Shown here: piece after piece, positions 46,993-60,299 of the stretch
How positions within the stretch are numbered: the stretch's first letter is position 1
How the letters are laid out: every line of letters begins with the position of its first letter
Source of the DNA: Azolla caroliniana
Taxonomy: Eukaryota > Plantae > Polypodiophyta
Length of the DNA: 64,000 nt
NCBI GenBank assembly: GCA_043228905.1
Contig: JBHGNT010000014.1
Location: 3,720,001 to 3,784,000 of the forward strand
Direction: 5' to 3'
The notes under the pieces: generated by a model
What the model was told of the DNA's origin: nothing
The model's database searches: none
What the model saw: only the letters and a program-made list of their open reading frames with translations
Translations under genes and position numbers: made by a program

Positions 46993-49900
46993 ATGTCTGC
47001 GTGTACCCTTCATGTAGAAGTATTATTAAGGAGACTAAGCACTGACTGGGACATCAGAGAAAAGCCTCTACAGATGACAGCTACTGATGGTATACAGTCA
47101 AATGTTTTTCCTAGGGTTTCAGACCTGAGTTGTGGCGATTTAGAGTGTGAAAGGACTAGTGTTGATATTTATGAATCATTGCTAGAGGGAGAGAATGTAG
47201 CCTTATCTTCTGTCGCAAGTGAAGGTTTTGTTGCTGTCAGTAGCCATGCAGAAAGTGGAAGATATGAAGATGCGGCGATGGGTGTTTGTGAACTAGAGTT
47301 AAATTCACCTATTACTGCATCTCTGTTCTCTAGTAGTGTTTCACAAGATCACTCACATGATATATCTGTCTTCGTACCTGAGAACGACAGAGACAACAGC
47401 GTTTGCAATGCCATCTCACAATCAACACAATCCAGTGTGGATGGGAATGAGGAAAACCTTCCTTTTTCAGATATGCCATCGTGGAAAGAGGGTAAACAAG
47501 GAAAGACAATTTCTTGCAAGGTGCAGACTTCAGGGAATCAAAGACCAAGACTGCTGGATGGGTTTGACGTGAGACAAAGAAAACAATCCAAACCCCTTGC
47601 CACGGATCAGAAGAACCTGGATTTCAAAAGGTGGACATCTCCTCGAAGGGCACATGCTGATTCTTTGAGGAGCAGTTCACAGGGGAATAATATAAAAGAA
47701 AACAGTGTCTTGCAAGATAAGTCCTGGAAGAGTAAACAGAAAAATGATCATGAACCTGAAAGTGACAGTGAGTGTACAGGAGAGACCCTAAGGTCTTTCA
47801 GAGACCGCTTGTTTCTTAAAAAACAGGCTGAATCTTTGAAAAGGAAAACAGCGGAACAACCATCAGGGCTGAAGAAGGCGGCAGATAATCATAGAATGAA
47901 TGCGGCAGATAATCATAGAAAATGTAAGTACATGCTGCGAGCACTTCGTGAGACACCAAAATGGCTCCAAGGGGGATCTCATTCTAAAGAGAGAAAAATG
48001 CCACGAGCAACTTGTGACCTTGCTTGTGTAGACACACGAAGACAGTTATGTGAAGAATCTCATTCTAAAGAGATGAAAAATTCAAGGTCAAATTGTCATT
48101 TCAATTATTTTGCAACACCAAGGAAGTTACATGCAGACTCTGACATGAATGAGGCAAGAACTCCAAAGGAACTAGTGCGGGATATTGCGAAAGAGGCCCT
48201 TCTTGAGGCTGGCTTCAAGATAGAACTAAGGCCAAGGCAGAGTAGAAATTATAATGATTCAGTGTATGTTTCACCAGAAGGTCATATTTATTGGTCTCTC
48301 CCAAAAGCATGGGAGGCTCTTAAGAGTGATAAGAGTTCAAACGATCTGGTAGATGATGAAGAGGAAATATTGGATGAGGGAAGAATACATAGTCTTGTTG
48401 ATAAGAGTACATTGGAACAAGTACTAGTCGGGTTTGGGGAAGATGAACGGCTACTATCAGCTCTCAAGAAAATGTGTCATCTTTCTTGTACAAGTATTCA
48501 TGATATTGTTAGGCAAGTGGAAGTTACAAATGCTAAATTGGCAGACATATTGTTGGGTGACCTGGGGCTTTTGAGAAGGATCACCAGTAAAGCTAAAGAA
48601 AGGAAAGCATTGCAAGCTTCTAAGTTACCAACCCCTTTTGATGAAAGAGATGGGAAAAAGCGGAAACTAAATAATTCGAATGTCTCGACGGAAATGGACA
48701 GAACCTCCTTGAGTAACAACATCACTCTGAAACAAGTGCAAGCTGTCAAAGCAGAGAAGGATATGATGCAATGGAAACAAACAAGGAAGGGTTTGCAAGA
48801 AAGACTTAGAGTATCTAAAGCTGAAAATCTACTTGTCTTTGATAGTCTCCAAAAAAAGAAGCGAAAAGAGGGTTCATATAAATCTGCTTCCAAAGGTACT
48901 TCTAAGTTCAGAAAGGAAAAGATGTCATCTAAAAAGGGAAAGAAGGCAAGAACACGAACTGGTTTTAGGCTTGAGGTTCGCCCGGGAAGATCTGGTGTTG
49001 ATGGCGTAGATGAGTCATCATGCAATGGAAAACAGACAATCTTTTCGTGGATGATAGGTAGAGGTGCAATGCGAGAAAAAGAGAAGATTTTTTGTGTGAG
49101 TTGTGGTAGCAATCAGACATTGAAGGAAGGGGTAGTGACCCGAGAGGGGATCCTGTGTAGATGCTGCAAAAAAGTGTACACAAGCTCCGCATTTGAATCG
49201 CATGCTGGAAAACCACTCTGTGATCTAGTTTTTACATCAGGAAGTTCTGTTTTAAACTATCAATTAGAAGCCTGGGCAGCTGAATTGGAAGCTAGCAAGA
49301 CCCAAAATTATGTTGGAGTTAGTGTAGCTGACCCAAATGACGATACCTGTATCTTATGTGGGGATGGTGGGGATTTAATCTGCTGTGATCGATGTCCTTC
49401 TACATTCCACATGTCATGCCTAAGGATTTCCGTGAGTGTTGTATTATTCCTTCAGAGGATTGCTAATTTCATGTCATTTGTCAGAAATAACTGTGGCATT
49501 GTTGACACTTAAAGTATCGTTACAAGGATTTAATACATGAACATTATCATACAGAGCATTCCAGAAGGGACGTGGTATTGTCCCAAGTGTAGATGTGGCA
49601 CCTGTGGAGGTACCAACCATAGCAAAGAAGAGGAGCTGACGATGGTTCAATGCAGGCAGTGTGAACATCGCTGTAGGTGCCACTTTCTATCAAGATCTCT
49701 TCTGAAATATTGTTGCCTTATGCACACGATGGTGAAAATGTTTGCGGTTGATTTTCAAGAGTTAAAGTATGTGTGGCATGTTCAAATTGTCCCCATAGTT
49801 GAAGGACATGCATAATTATTTGAATTGCAATAGAGCTTTGGGCTTTTCTTTTCTAATTTTATTTCAACTGTCTTGACAGATCATGTTTCTTGTTTGGAAG

Positions 49901-52900
49901 GCGGTCCTATAATGGCAGGAAAACTGTCCTTTTGTAGTCCTGCATGTAAAAAGGTACACTTTTGAAACCTTTCTTGAAGGAAGTTTACTAATTTAGTTGT
50001 TTTCTTTTGGTCCCTTTGTCAGTATGACTAATTTACTTATATTTATTCTGGTATGTTCTTCACATGAGACAATATTTTAAAATGTAATGTTCTGTTTCAA
50101 GGCCATTTTGGCGTCTTAAATGATGTTAATGTGTCATTCTTTCTTTCTCATTTATATTTATTTAAGCTCAGGCATGTGTCCCTGATTTTGTTTGCTAGGT
50201 CTGGCAGCTTCTTTTTCGTTCTAAAATCAAATTAGGACTTTGTTGAGTGCACTTATGAGAAGTTTATCTTCCTTTTAGGAATTAGAATCTGTGGTAGATA
50301 ATAATCTATTTTATAATCTGTGATGAGAAAAAATTATACAATTAATTTGTATGTGAATATTCTAACATAATTAGGTAACGTTCACATGTAATGCAATCAA
50401 CAATTCAAAAGGATCCATAGAGTTTCTGAAGATTATTTAAGATTCCAATGACTTTGGAAAGTTATGCTCTTAAAAGAGTTAATAGTAAGTAGAATGCACT
50501 GTTAACATAATCTCAGTACCAAAATGGAACAGTAACCTTTCCAAAAAAAATATAACGTTACCAATAACAGATCATCATGTTGAAAATGAAACAGTGGCCT
50601 TTAATTTGAAATATAACGTTGCCACTAACAGATCACTGTGTCCAAAATGCTGTAATATGAACAGTATTATTGTTTTGACTACAGCTGGTATGGATGTCTA
50701 GAAATGAAAGTTTTGTTGAGACGTCTTTCATGTAAATGTAATGATAATAATGGTGAATAAATATCTGAAACCTGATTAATATTCTTATTATTATTACTGT
50801 TTTCTCTCAAGTGAGAAATATGATTGATGTTTCATCACTCTTGTTAGCAGATCTTTTCTACTTTAAGACAGCTTGTTGGCGTTGCACACCCTCTGGCTGG
50901 AGGGCTGTCATGGAGTATACTGCGATGCATGGATGAAGATAGGGAAGCCAAGCCTAATGACATCAAAATGAGAGTGGAACAACATTGTAAACTTGCAGTG
51001 GCACTCCTTGTCATAAAGGAGTGCTTTAATCCTATGATTGATCCTCGTACAAACATTGACATGATCACACAAGCTTTGTACAACCGCTGGTATGTTCCTT
51101 TAACTTTTTTTTTTTTGCTTCTTATGCATATTTTGATGAGGGTTTATGCATTTTTCTTATTGATTGCATCGAGTGCTCTGTCTGAAAAACATAATCTTTG
51201 CATTTGAGCAATGCTTGTTTTAGTTTCAGTATTTTGTGATGTATCCGAGGAACATAGGCTTGTAAATATAAATCTGCATATTGTTTAAATTCTCTTGTTT
51301 GTTTCGCGTTTTTCTTTTACAGTGCTTAGTGTTGTGTTAGTGAATATTAAGGGGCAGTTAATGCCCATTTATCATAATAAAAGCCTCTATCAAGGAAAAT
51401 GAGACTTATTCCCACCCTTGTTAGTAATGTGTTTCCTCCTACAAAATAAAGATAAACACAAATCCCTTGAGTGTCTTCACATTGCAGACCACCCTTTTTC
51501 TGTGAAAGTTTATGGCAAGAAGTAGAAGAGGAAGAGTAGCTGACAACTGGGGAGAGCTTACTACATTCTCCTTTATAAACAGAAAGAAAGAATGAAAGAA
51601 TGGAGCACATAAAACGGGGCAAAGATGGCAGCTATATACAAGGGTAGAGCAAGGGAAAATGATGGTGGTGATAATCCATATGCACAGCCAGATTATGTAA
51701 TTTCCATACTGATGTTAAACACCAATTTAGCTAAATATTCACCTTGGTAGAAATCGTATGCGAATGAAGAAACATCTTATAAATTTAGACTCATTAAAGG
51801 CTTATGGTGATAATCCATCTGTCTGGCCAGATAATGTCATTTCCATACAGATGCCAAACACCAATTTAGCTAAAATTTTACCTTGGGTGGTATGCAAAAG
51901 AATCAACAGTTTACAATTGTAGACTCTATTAAGGATTGACCTATACATCTAGGAATTCTAGATTGGTCTGAACAAGCAAGGGATTGATGTTGACAAAGAG
52001 AATACAATAAGCTAGAGCTGAAACTCTAGAAACACAGTCAGCTCAAATCCCTATTTAGGTCAATTTCTGCAACATAACACATTTTCCCTTCGAGTTAAAA
52101 AGAAGGATATATTAAGGTCTCAAAAAGAAGTGAAGAATCTCTTTGTAATGATGATTTTACCCAAGAGATACCTCAATTCAGCTAGGAAGTATGTAGGATT
52201 TCAGCACTCAAGAGTTGTTTCCCAGCTGAGAAATACTAGGGGGAAAGGGCTGCAACAAAGATTGAATGAGGCAAATTTTGGTTATGTTGCCAAATGTCAA
52301 GGTGGGTAAGGAGAGCAAATGACAAGTTGACAACAAATGACATGTGCTAAAGGTGAAACCAAGGTTCAAGGGATCAAGAGGATTCTATTAATTGAAACTT
52401 GAAAGATTCCAGAAGAAGCTTAGAAATTTGAGATGTTTTCAAGGATGAAATTTTCATTGCGATCTTGAGGTTACTTTGCATTTGAAATCGAATGAAAGAC
52501 AGGCAGTTTTCTCGAGGAGAAAGAATATCAGCGTGACACTTCCTACAATGGATATATCGAGTTTTTTTTGTTATTCTATTCCCTAAGCCCTCCGAGCAGG
52601 TAAGGGAACAGAGTCTACCTATAAAGCCATTAATACTGTTATTAAGTGCCTTCAATTGATATGCATACATATTGTGTAGCTTCCAACAATAGATAGATCG
52701 AGTTATTTTTGCTATGCTACTCACTCAGCCCACTGAGCGGAGAAGGGAAATGGACTATCCATCAAGCCATGGATAGCTATTAAGGTCCTCTGACTGATAC
52801 ACATACATTTTTGTTGTCTATAACAAGAGAATTGGAAATCCGTGGAATGAGGAAGATTCCCAACCCAATCTATTAAAAATTTGGTGAATTATAAGCATTC

Positions 52901-54700
52901 CATGAATTTCAATCAGAATATTTTACTTGGGAAATCTATATCAATTTTTTGTTGGGTATCTCTTGCACACTTCCTGTAATGAATTAATTTTACTGAAAGA
53001 TTACTGGTTTTCTAAGAGCAAGGATATTAATGTGTAACTTCCAACACTACGAAGATCTATGCTACTCCTCAGATCTAATGGGCGGAAGTCATTCACAATT
53101 TAAATCCTATGTTGTATATGAATAAAGGCATTCTGTGCTAAGACTTAAGTTATTGGCAAAGTAATTTTCAGTTAGGCATTCCTAGCTGTATAATCAACTG
53201 CTTATAGAGTATTCATAAGTTGTTCAATTTATATTGGGAAGTAATGATAAGCTATACAATAATCTTTTTACCATTGGAGCTAGCTCTATAGTCAAATGCT
53301 TATAGAGTATTCATAAGTTGTAGTTCAATCTATATTGCCAACGCACAAGCTCATGAATTTGATGTAGCTAAGTATCAAAGGCTTAAAGTTAAATAGTTCT
53401 ATTTGTTTTTGATGTGTCCAAGAGTTGATAAGACTGGATTCCCATATTATGATCACGTTTTTCTTGTTAAGGAACTTGACCCCATTCAGTGATGTGAAAG
53501 TCATTATTAAAAGAAATATTACTTCAGTGTGATACTTCAAAATCCTGTCATTATGAACTCTTAACTTAAATTATTTGTGCATTTCTCAACTTAGTTGATT
53601 TGACACATACAGCAATGTTGATGCGCTTGGGCAATCATTAAACTTCTTAGTTTTATACAAGTGATCTCTTATTGGCTTTTCATAACAGAACAGGTCTTTT
53701 GGATTTGTTCAATATATCCTTGTAATTTCAGATCTAGATTTCAAAGTTTTATGTAGGAAGAGGAGAAAGCTGTCTGCTGCTATTTTGCATGGAAGCATTG
53801 ATTGAAGTGAATCTTATATTATAGGTTGGAATTTGATCGGTTAAATTATGCGGGGTTTTACACAGCCATTTTAGAGAGGGATGGCGAAATTATCTCGGTT
53901 GCAACAATAAGGTATAATGTTAAACATTCACGTTTGTTTACTAATATGTAGTCACTCATGTCACACAGAATATCATAGTTCTTTATGGCTTTTCTATAGG
54001 ATTCATGGTGCACGACTAGCTGAAATGCCACTTATTGGTACACGAGAAAAGTACCGTCGGCAAGGCATGTGTAGACTGCTTGTTGGTGTTATTGAGGATG
54101 TGGGTTCTCTACTCATTCTTTCCTGTGAAAGAAACAGATATTTATATAAATCTCAGGATCTTCACTTTGTTTATGTGTTTACAGCTTTTGTGCTCCCTAG
54201 AAGTGCACAACTTCATTTTGCCTGCAATTCCTGAACTCTTTGATACCTGGACACAAGCATTTGGTTTCAGACCTTTGGATGCATCCCAGCGGTTGGAAAT
54301 TAGAGATTTGAGCATGATGATATTTCCTGGAACTGAGTTGTTGCAGAAGTCTTTGATGGGAATATGTAAGACAGATAGAATAGTGGGGCCAAAGATAGAA
54401 TCAGATTCAATACCAAGCGAAAATGGTGAGCGGAAGGAAATATCAGATTCAGTGGGGAGACAAAATAATGGGCAGGAGGAAGAATCCAATTCAGTACTGA
54501 GAGAAACTGATGAGCAGATGAAAGATTCAGATCCCGCACTGACACGGAAAAAAGAATCAGATTCAGGTGTGGCACAAACTGATGACCAGAAAGAATCAGA
54601 TTCAGCACTAACACAAACTGATGGGCAGAAGAATGAAAATGTTTCAGCACTGACACAAAAGGTTGAGCAGAATAAAGAGTCAGATTCCACACTTACCTAA
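46993..54700 (+). CDS. IDM1-like: IDM1/ROS4-like PHD-finger acyl-CoA N-acyltransferase (histone acetyltransferase family). Predicted exons 46993-49431, 49555-49672, 49880-49953, 50851-51089, 53825-53911, 54000-54099, 54185-54700
   Basis: [14 protein letters not shown] motif, Tify-binding-like [44 protein letters not shown]-like [47 protein letters not shown] introns keep the frame. The start codon is uncertain. Confidence 0.9.
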
Positions 54701-56893
54701 AATGATGATGGGAAAATATAGGACTGTTCCAAAAGCATTGAAAATCCTGATATGATCATCTGATTGATTGTAGCGATGGAATTAATCTGTGGTATGTTTA
54801 GGGAAAGCTCCAGTGTAACCTTGCAGCAGAATATCAGTGGAGAGATTGAGATAAAACCAGGCACACAGGCGGTGGTAGCCTTTGAAAATTAGAGTAATTA
54901 GTAACTATTGGTTCAATACTTCTTGTTTAGAAAGTTTCTCAAATTGTTATGGGCCAGAAAGTTAGTAAAACAATGATGGAAAACACTACCTCTCTGATTG
55001 TTCCTCAACTTGGATGAGAAGATTTTAGACAAGTGATATTTTCTTGCTGCTAAGTTACACCCAAGGAGGAAGGAAGCACACAAAATGGGAAGCGTAGTAC
55101 TCCCTGAAGAACTGGCAATGAATTGTCTTAATTGTTCGAAGAAGGCACTTCATTCAAAAGATGATAGAACTGCCAGGTGCACATATCGCTAATATATTGT
55201 TAAATTGGAAACATTTTGGAGAGCCTTGCAGGTTGCACTCCAAGTTTTACATTATGATTGATGCATTGATATGTTTGTCTGCATCCGAATCCTCAAATAT
55301 GTTCCCTTGTAAAAAAGTGCTGGTTAATCTTTATCTCATTTTTGACTTTTGTCATCGTCTGTAAATCAGTAAGACTAACCTTTTAGCTCCAGGTAAATTT
55401 TGGGGTTATTTTCATTCTCTGGCTAATATATTTCAAAAAGATTTGAGATTTATCTTTATTAATCCAGAAAGCCTTGTTGCTTAGTATTATTGACTCCAGA
55501 ATATAATCATCTTTTGGCATAACGTCATTTTATTCAAAACATAAGATATCCATGATATTGATTTTATGTTGGCATTAACTTTTAAAATTCAAGAGTGGGT
55601 GATAGAGAAAATCTAGTGCGATTTACTACTGTGTCAGAAAAGTGTGGTTAAATTTGTATCTGCCAGATGGTGTCAATGATTATTTATCAATATTTTGCAA
55701 ACTAGTATCCAACAGTTCATTCCATTTTATTTTCTGCCTTAGTGGTACAAGGGGTTGGTGGTTCTAGGGTATTGATGGTACTATAATACTATGACAAGGT
55801 ACTGTGACTCAATTCATTTGCCTGATAGATGTTATTATTCCGAAATGTGATTATGGGTAAACTTTGCTATTTCTCAGGTTAGCATCACTGTTAGGTTATT
55901 GATTTTATTTTGTGATAAGAGGACAGTAAGAGGTTGGTATGTTACATGATGTCACCTAAGCACTATGAGAGGTGAATATCAGTGGATTTCATATAAGACA
56001 TCATAGAAGAGATTGGTCTGACTTCTGCATTGGTGCCCTGATGTGAAGGTAAAATATATACCTTCATTTTTCCGAATATGCACAAGCACTAACCAATTAG
56101 TGGTCCTTTTAATAGATGTTGTGTTAGTAATTGCACTGTACAGTGGCTTTTACTGATGAGTGCCAGTATGAACAAGACATTTTGGTTACCCATTATAGGT
56201 GCAATAGCTTTGATCACGTTTTGGAGTGCTGTTTTTCAGGAAGTGTCAGCAGAAGATAATTGTTTATTGTACAATGATTATGTTTTACTGCTGAATATCA
56301 TATATTTGTTGGAGGCACTAACAAAGTAAGTTGTAAGCACAAAGAGATTTTTTGATCCACATGGTCGGAATTGATCCACTTGGGATATTTCATAGGCTTC
56401 CCAAACATTGTTAGCATTCCAGCTGTGGCCGTACATATTTCTATCTTTTTGTTTGCAAGCAGGCCTAATGCTTCAGCAGTGCATGTTACACAGCACGTGA
56501 ACTCTGCAATTCTCTTCCAATATTAGAACAAACCTTGCATGCAGTATTGGACACTGTACCTTGAAAGAAATTGAAAGACAGTGTGCTACGTGCAAGCAAT
56601 GTGTGCTCACAGCAACTCCCTTTGTCTCTGATGCAATAGACTGAATAACCAGTCCAGTTGTCATTCTTTCATTAACATGCACTTCAAATTCTTATCACTG
56701 TCTGAATAATACAGTAAATGAGAATTTGGGTGTTGACAAAATGCATGGTCGAGGACTACAGGAATCTCCACAGAACTACAAGAATGTGAGTGTACAACAA
56801 TCTGGAAATACTTCACGGTACTAGAAAATTGATGGTAGTTGAGTAACACTACTCACAGATGTTTGTTTATACATAAATATACATTTCATTGAC

Positions 56894-59539
56894 CTAACAA
56901 TTTCTAGGCATCTCCAAAACTTTATTGTTTGCTCTCCGAGCTTCAAATTTGTATGTTTCAGAAGACATACCTACTGCAGCGTATATATTTCCCATGCAGA
57001 CATAAGCAACAACACACTTCTCATCCGCTTTTGTACATTGATCAAAGGCCCATCTCCCAAGCTTCACGTTCAACCATTTCTGACAGGCACCCAGCAATGA
57101 TAACCACAATGGAAGATGACTAAATGATGAAGTTTTTTCTATCATAGCTATGGCCTTTTCAAAGTGACCTGCACGGCCAAACAGATCCACCATGCAGGCA
57201 TAGTGTTTTACTGTTGGAGAAAGATGATAAACATCCATATTACTAAAAGCAATCTGCCCCTCCTGTAGTAGACCCACATGACCACATGCACTCAGAATTA
57301 TCAGAAAAGTGATAGTATCTGGGGAAATATCCTCAGCCACCATTTTGCTGATTGAATAGAGGACTGATTTTATCTGACCGAGTTGTGCATATCCAGAAAT
57401 TAACGCATTCCAGGATACAACATTCCGAACTCGAAAGTCATTAAATACTTCTTGTGCTTTTTCGACCATACCACATTTGGCATACATATCCACTAATGCA
57501 GTGTGGAGCACAGTATCAGTTTCCAAGAGTCCTTGTTTACTAATCTGTGCATATATCTCATCTCCCATCTCAAGGCAACCTAGGCTGCCACAAGATTTCA
57601 AGATACAAATATAGGTAATTTCGTTTGGAGATATACTTTCATCCTTCATCTGCAAGAAACATTTCAGTGCCCTATCACCAAGGTCATGCTGTGTGTAACC
57701 GTAAATTAGTGTGTTCCAAGAGACAATATCTCGTTTTGGAAGCCCATCAAACACTTCTTGTGCCTTCCCTAGCATGCTACACTTTGAATACATGTCCACA
57801 ATTGCATTTCGAAGAATGATGTGGTCTTTAAATAACCCATAGTTTCTGACTTGGGCATATATCTGTTCTCCCATCTCAAGAAACCCTATGTTGCCACATG
57901 CTTTGAGAATACACACAAAGGTGACTGCATCTGGAAAGATCTTCTCATCTTGCATTTGTACAAAACAGTGTAGAGCTTCATAACTAAGGCCATGTTGACA
58001 ATACCCAGCAATCAATGCATTCCATGATACAACATTCCGTGTAGGAAGCTGATCAAATACCTCTTGTGCTTTTTTCATAGCGGTGCACTTGGCAAACATA
58101 TCCACTATTGCAGTGCCAAGCACAACATCATTTTCCAGCAATCCCTGTTTTTTTACCTCAGCATATATCTCTTCTCCCACTGAAAGTGAGTCTATGTTGT
58201 TGCAAGCTTTCAAAATGCAAATAAATGTTATGGCATCAGGAGCGAGGCCCTCATCTTGCATCCCCCTGAAGCAGTTCAGAGCATCATTACTACGACTATG
58301 CTCTGCATATCCTATAATGAGCGTACTCCAACATGCAATGTTCCTAATGGGAAGTTTTTCAAATACTTCTTTTGCTTTTCCAAGCATGTTACATTTAACA
58401 AACATATCCACAATTGCTGCTCCAAGACTGGCATTTTTTTGCAGCAATTTCCGTCTTTTCACCTCCTCATATATATTTTCTCCCATTTGATACGATCCCA
58501 CACTTCCACAAGCTTTCAAAACACAGATAAAAGTAACTACACTTGGTGGAAATCCATCATTTCGCATCTGCTTGAAGCAGTTCAATGCTTTCTCGCCGAG
58601 TCCATTCTCGACATACCCAGATATCAAAGTATTCCAAGACACACAATCCCGTATTGGAAGCTCATCAAATACTTTCTGTGCTTTTTCTGGTACTTTGCAC
58701 TTGGCATACATGCCAACCAATGCCGTGCCGAGGATAATGTTTTCTCTCAACAGTTCACGCTTTTTAATCTCCCCATGTATCTCTTCACCCATCTTGAGAC
58801 ATCCTACATGGCCACAAGCTTTGAGCATACAAGCAAATGTAATTGCATCTGGAACTAGACCCTCATCTTGCATTCGTATAAAGCAGTTGAATGCTTCCTC
58901 TCCAAGCCCATGCCGGGCATATCCAGCTATCAATGCACTCCAAGATATGAGGTTTCTAATCGGAAGACTTTCAAACACTTCTTGTGCTTTTTCCATCTTG
59001 TTGCACTTAGCATACATATCAACCAACGATGTGCCAAGAACAGCATTTCTCTTCAATAGACCTCTCTCCGTGATTTCTTCATGTATTTCGATTCCTAACT
59101 CGAGCGAGCCGAGACTAGCGCAGGCTTTCAAGATGTACGAAAATGTAATTACATTAGGCGAGATGCCCTCTTTAAGCATATTTGTGAAGGAATGTATGGC
59201 TTCTTCATGGAGCCCTTTTTGAACATACCCTGCAATCAGTGCGTTCCAAGACCCAACATTCCGCAAGATAAGGTCATCGAACACTTCCTTCGCTTCCGCT
59301 AGGGCACCACAGTGAATATACATTCTGACCAGGGCATTGCTGACGGACAACTCCTTGGGGAACACGTCCTCGTGTAGCATGATGTGAGAGTGTATTTCCA
59401 TAGCCTTGTGGAGGTTCCTCTGCTTTCCATAGGATTTTATCAGACCTAAGAGGAAAGGAGATCCTTGTTCTTTGGAGGCATGGTGATGGGGCAAGGTGGG
59501 TCCTTGTGAGACAAGGCAGAGCGATGGGTCCACAGCCAT
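56894..59539 (-). CDS. PLS-class pentatricopeptide repeat protein with a C-terminal E-type extension and no DYW domain (organellar RNA-editing factor type)
   Basis: Intronless 881-aa ORF with about seven P-L-S triplets of about 103 aa, then HYACMVDLFGRAG..WLSLLGAC..AYVCMGNIYA. Confidence 0.95.
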   Translation of the reverse strand: MAVDPSLCLVSQGPTLPHHHASKEQGSPFLLGLIKSYGKQRNLHKAMEIHSHIMLHEDVFPKELSVSNALVRMYIHCGALAEAKEVFDDLILRNVGSWNALIAGYVQKGLHEEAIHSFTNMLKEGISPNVITFSYILKACASLGSLELGIEIHEEITERGLLKRNAVLGTSLVDMYAKCNKMEKAQEVFESLPIRNLISWSALIAGYARHGLGEEAFNCFIRMQDEGLVPDAITFACMLKACGHVGCLKMGEEIHGEIKKRELLRENIILGTALVGMYAKCKVPEKAQKVFDELPIRDCVSWNTLISGYVENGLGEKALNCFKQMRNDGFPPSVVTFICVLKACGSVGSYQMGENIYEEVKRRKLLQKNASLGAAIVDMFVKCNMLGKAKEVFEKLPIRNIACWSTLIIGYAEHSRSNDALNCFRGMQDEGLAPDAITFICILKACNNIDSLSVGEEIYAEVKKQGLLENDVVLGTAIVDMFAKCTAMKKAQEVFDQLPTRNVVSWNALIAGYCQHGLSYEALHCFVQMQDEKIFPDAVTFVCILKACGNIGFLEMGEQIYAQVRNYGLFKDHIILRNAIVDMYSKCSMLGKAQEVFDGLPKRDIVSWNTLIYGYTQHDLGDRALKCFLQMKDESISPNEITYICILKSCGSLGCLEMGDEIYAQISKQGLLETDTVLHTALVDMYAKCGMVEKAQEVFNDFRVRNVVSWNALISGYAQLGQIKSVLYSISKMVAEDISPDTITFLIILSACGHVGLLQEGQIAFSNMDVYHLSPTVKHYACMVDLFGRAGHFEKAIAMIEKTSSFSHLPLWLSLLGACQKWLNVKLGRWAFDQCTKADEKCVVAYVCMGNIYAAVGMSSETYKFEARRANNKVLEMPRNC

Positions 59540-60299
59540 AGCTCATCTTAGAGGAGGAACAGAGAATCGAAGGAAGCTCAGAAAACAATGCCCCTCTCTA
59601 ACACACATCCTTTTTCTTTTATTTCCCAAAATGCCCCTCTCCTCATACCGTTCTTCTTTTTCTCATATTTCCCCCAATACCCTTTTATATTCATGCTTGC
59701 TTTGTGATTCTTGTGTAAGCATTATTACAATTTACATTTATATATGGTGGATTCATCCCGACATGTAGAGTCGATAACTGGGAAGTTTCTAGTCTTTTAT
59801 TTAATTCACATCTTTTTTAGGGTTACCTCAGAATGGGCGGGTTCACATTTGAATCATTTGCATTCATGGGAATCATCATTAACATACGATACTCGATCTG
59901 TAGCGCAAATGTCCCTACACACAATGTGTGTGGCACTACGACCTCCATATGAGTGGCCTGAGAATAAATAAGCACAAAAACCACAATATCATCTTGTTGT
60001 CTCAACCTTCAAGCATCATATAACCTTGAACTTTTTCTTAAGAAGTATGAAGTACTAGAAATATTATCATCACTTGTATGATGGCATTCATCGAAGTAAA
60101 CAAAAACTCTAAAGGGGAAATTTAGAGATTTTCTTCCCCAAAATCATGCCTATTAGCTTCTATGATTTATTCAGATTATGGCCCAACATAATGTTCAACA
60201 CTATGAGTGTCTCTTAGGGAGGCGAGAATAACTTTGGGATTCCTTGAAAGTGGTTTTCATATTGGTGAAGAAAAACAACACAAACATGATTTGGAAGGC

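Noticed and set aside
51660-53340. Short duplicated blocks in the large intron of the IDM1-like gene
   Set aside because: Degenerate local duplications or TE debris with no termini, TSD or domain I can support.
58083-59222. Long plus-strand ORFs opposite the PPR gene, and similar antisense ORFs over the pol genes
   Set aside because: Antisense shadows of real coding sequence.
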